A stretch of 63,055 nt of DNA, the filler included, from Circinaria calcarea (taxonomy: Eukaryota): NCBI GenBank assembly GCA_051942165.1. It is 2 parts of 2 records of this genome, joined end to end, with 100 filler letters (N's around TTAATTAATTAA, not from the genome) between each part and the next. Parts side by side here need not be neighbours in the genome. Positions count along the whole stretch, not along the records: positions 31,774 to 63,055 come from JAVECS010000041.1; 1 more part is not named here. One strand, written 5' to 3'. Under the pieces are notes generated by a model, which searched no databases, was not told the origin of the DNA, and saw nothing but the letters and a program-made list of their open reading frames with translations. Made by a program: the position numbers and the translations under genes. Below, in pieces: positions 61,543 through 63,055 of the stretch. The stretch's first letter is position 1; each line of letters starts with the position of its first letter.

Positions 61543-63055
61543 ATGACTCCTCCTCGCTCTCCCCAGGACACCGAGCTCCTCAAGTTTGCGGAAGCCGAGG
61601 GTGCAACTCTCAAACTCTGCAACTGGGTCCATTCCGTCACGCTCGATAGCGTTCCCTCCGAAGTGCAGATTCGCGCCAAGTATCTCATCCTGGATGGGCT
61701 GACCGGTGCCATCGTTGGCGCTCACCTGCCATGGTCGGAGATTGCGGCGGAGGCTGTCTTGGGTATGGAAGGAGCGGGGAGTTGCAATGTAATTGGATGG
61801 GAGAAGGTATGTGGTGTATGAGAGGAGGAGCGAGAATTCTTCAAGGACTGATGATTGAATGCGCCCTTATCTCTCTTTTCCTTTGGGGCCCTTGGCCATA
61901 GACTTTTTTCAGCCAGGGACTCCTTTTTCTACCAATTCCCCAGTAGCAGATGATTCTCTGATCGTTTCTGCCGGCAGAAAATTGGTCCTCTAGCCGCCGC
62001 CCTCCTCAATAGCACCTTCATCCAAGGTTTCGAGATAGACGACTACCACAGCGTCGCACCCCTCCACTCAAACGCTATTCTCCTTCCCGCCCTCTTCGCT
62101 GCAGCCGAGCACGTCGCCAATCCCACGAGCATCATTCCTCTCAACGGTTCTTCTCTTCTCCTCGCCACCATAGTTGGATACGAAGTCGGCCCCCGGATCG
62201 GCCTCGCTCTCCACGGCGCAGACATGCTCTCCATGGGCTGGCATTCCGGCGCTGTATTTGGTCCTGCGGCATCAGCTGCCGCTGTCAGCAAGCTGCTAAA
62301 GCTGCCGGTAAAATCTATTGAAGACGCCATCGGGATCGCGAGCACGCAAGCGTGTGGGTTGATGTCGGCACAATTTGGAAGCATGGTGAAGCGTATGCAG
62401 CACGGGTTTGCAGCTCGGAACGGTTTGTTCGCCGCGCTGATGGCCAGGGGCGGCTATACGGGTATCGAACAAGTGCTGGAGCGTCCTTACGGTGGGTTTC
62501 TCAAAACCTTCAGCCAGGGGTCTGGTCGCAAGCCTTCATACCTGGAGGACGAGGTGACCAAGAAGCTGGGCGAAACGTGGCAGATTCACGATATACGGGT
62601 CAAGCCATATGCGGCCATGGCGGCAACACATTCTGCGATTGACTGCGTCGTGGCGTTACAAAGGGACTATCCGCAGCAGATGGAGGACTTGGACGGCATT
62701 ACCCGGGTAGAAATCGAGATGTCAGAGCCGGCGTATAAGCATGGAGGATTTGAGGCTATTCGACCTTTCACGAGTACTACCGCCCAAATGAATGCTGGGT
62801 ATGTCGTGGTGCTTCAAATCCTGGAGAGACAGGTGCAACCTAGGCAATTTCGCCAGAGTCAGCTCGACCGGGACGTCGTCTGGAATCTGTTGGGCAGGAC
62901 CGTCTGCAAGCATAACCCGGAGCTCGACAAGGAGCCATGGACTCAGCGCATCACGATTGATTTCGAAGGGAAGCCATCCCTGACAAGGTCGGTCAAGGCG
63001 CCGAAAGGAGTTGATCCGGCCATGTCCAATCAGGATATTTTGGACAAGTGGAGGA
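61543..63055 (+). CDS. cis-Aconitate decarboxylase-like (CadA/IRG1, MmgE/PrpD fold), 3' end outside window
   Basis: RAKYLILDG...GAHLPWS, intron 61807-61977, LNSTFIQGFEIDDYH, PLHSNAI, GWHSG, QACGLMSAQF and KRMQHGFAARNG. These motifs are characteristic of CadA-like rather than PrpD-like proteins. Confidence 0.88.

Noticed and set aside
1..63055. A single supercluster in which the HR-PKS uses the double trans-ER and the Diels-Alderase
   Set aside because: The blocks are about 36 kb apart, separated by housekeeping genes and an artificial spacer, and the PKS has its own intact-looking ER.
44563..63055. Classical maleidride (nonadride) cluster
   Set aside because: No ketosteroid-isomerase-like dimerising cyclase or PEBP gene was seen, and a CadA-like gene is present. 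This is not fully excluded because the cluster runs off the window.

Overview
This is intron-rich DNA from a filamentous ascomycete. It is split at 31674-31773 by an artificial 100-nt spacer (44 N + TTAATTAATTAA + 44 N), so the two halves may not be adjacent in the genome. The left half opens (1-8.3 kb) with the edge of a probable PKS-NRPS-type secondary-metabolite cluster: a DHA2 MFS transporter, a Zn2Cys6 regulator, an unusual single gene encoding two fused LovC-like trans-enoyl reductase domains, and a Fsa2/CcsF-like Diels-Alderase. Its backbone synthase is not in the window. An AT-rich relic zone with a MITE-like hairpin follows, then a divergent bZIP(DUF3425)/SDR pair with four copies of a 15-bp motif between them, and housekeeping genes (2-hydroxyacid dehydrogenase, PAS hybrid histidine kinase, KRE33/NAT10, GT90/CAP10-like). 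The right half (32-63 kb) is an alkylcitrate-type cluster: HR-PKS (KS-AT-DH-cMT-ER-KR-ACP), FSH1/DUF341 hydrolase, alkylcitrate synthase, PrpD-type dehydratase, enoyl-CoA isomerase and a CadA-like decarboxylase that runs off the right edge. SDR, DHA1 MFS, P450, dienelactone hydrolase and beta-propeller genes flank it. The gene set suggests a PKS-primed, possibly peroxisomal route to alkylitaconate or paraconic-acid-type products. All family calls come from motif recognition by eye; no database searches were run.
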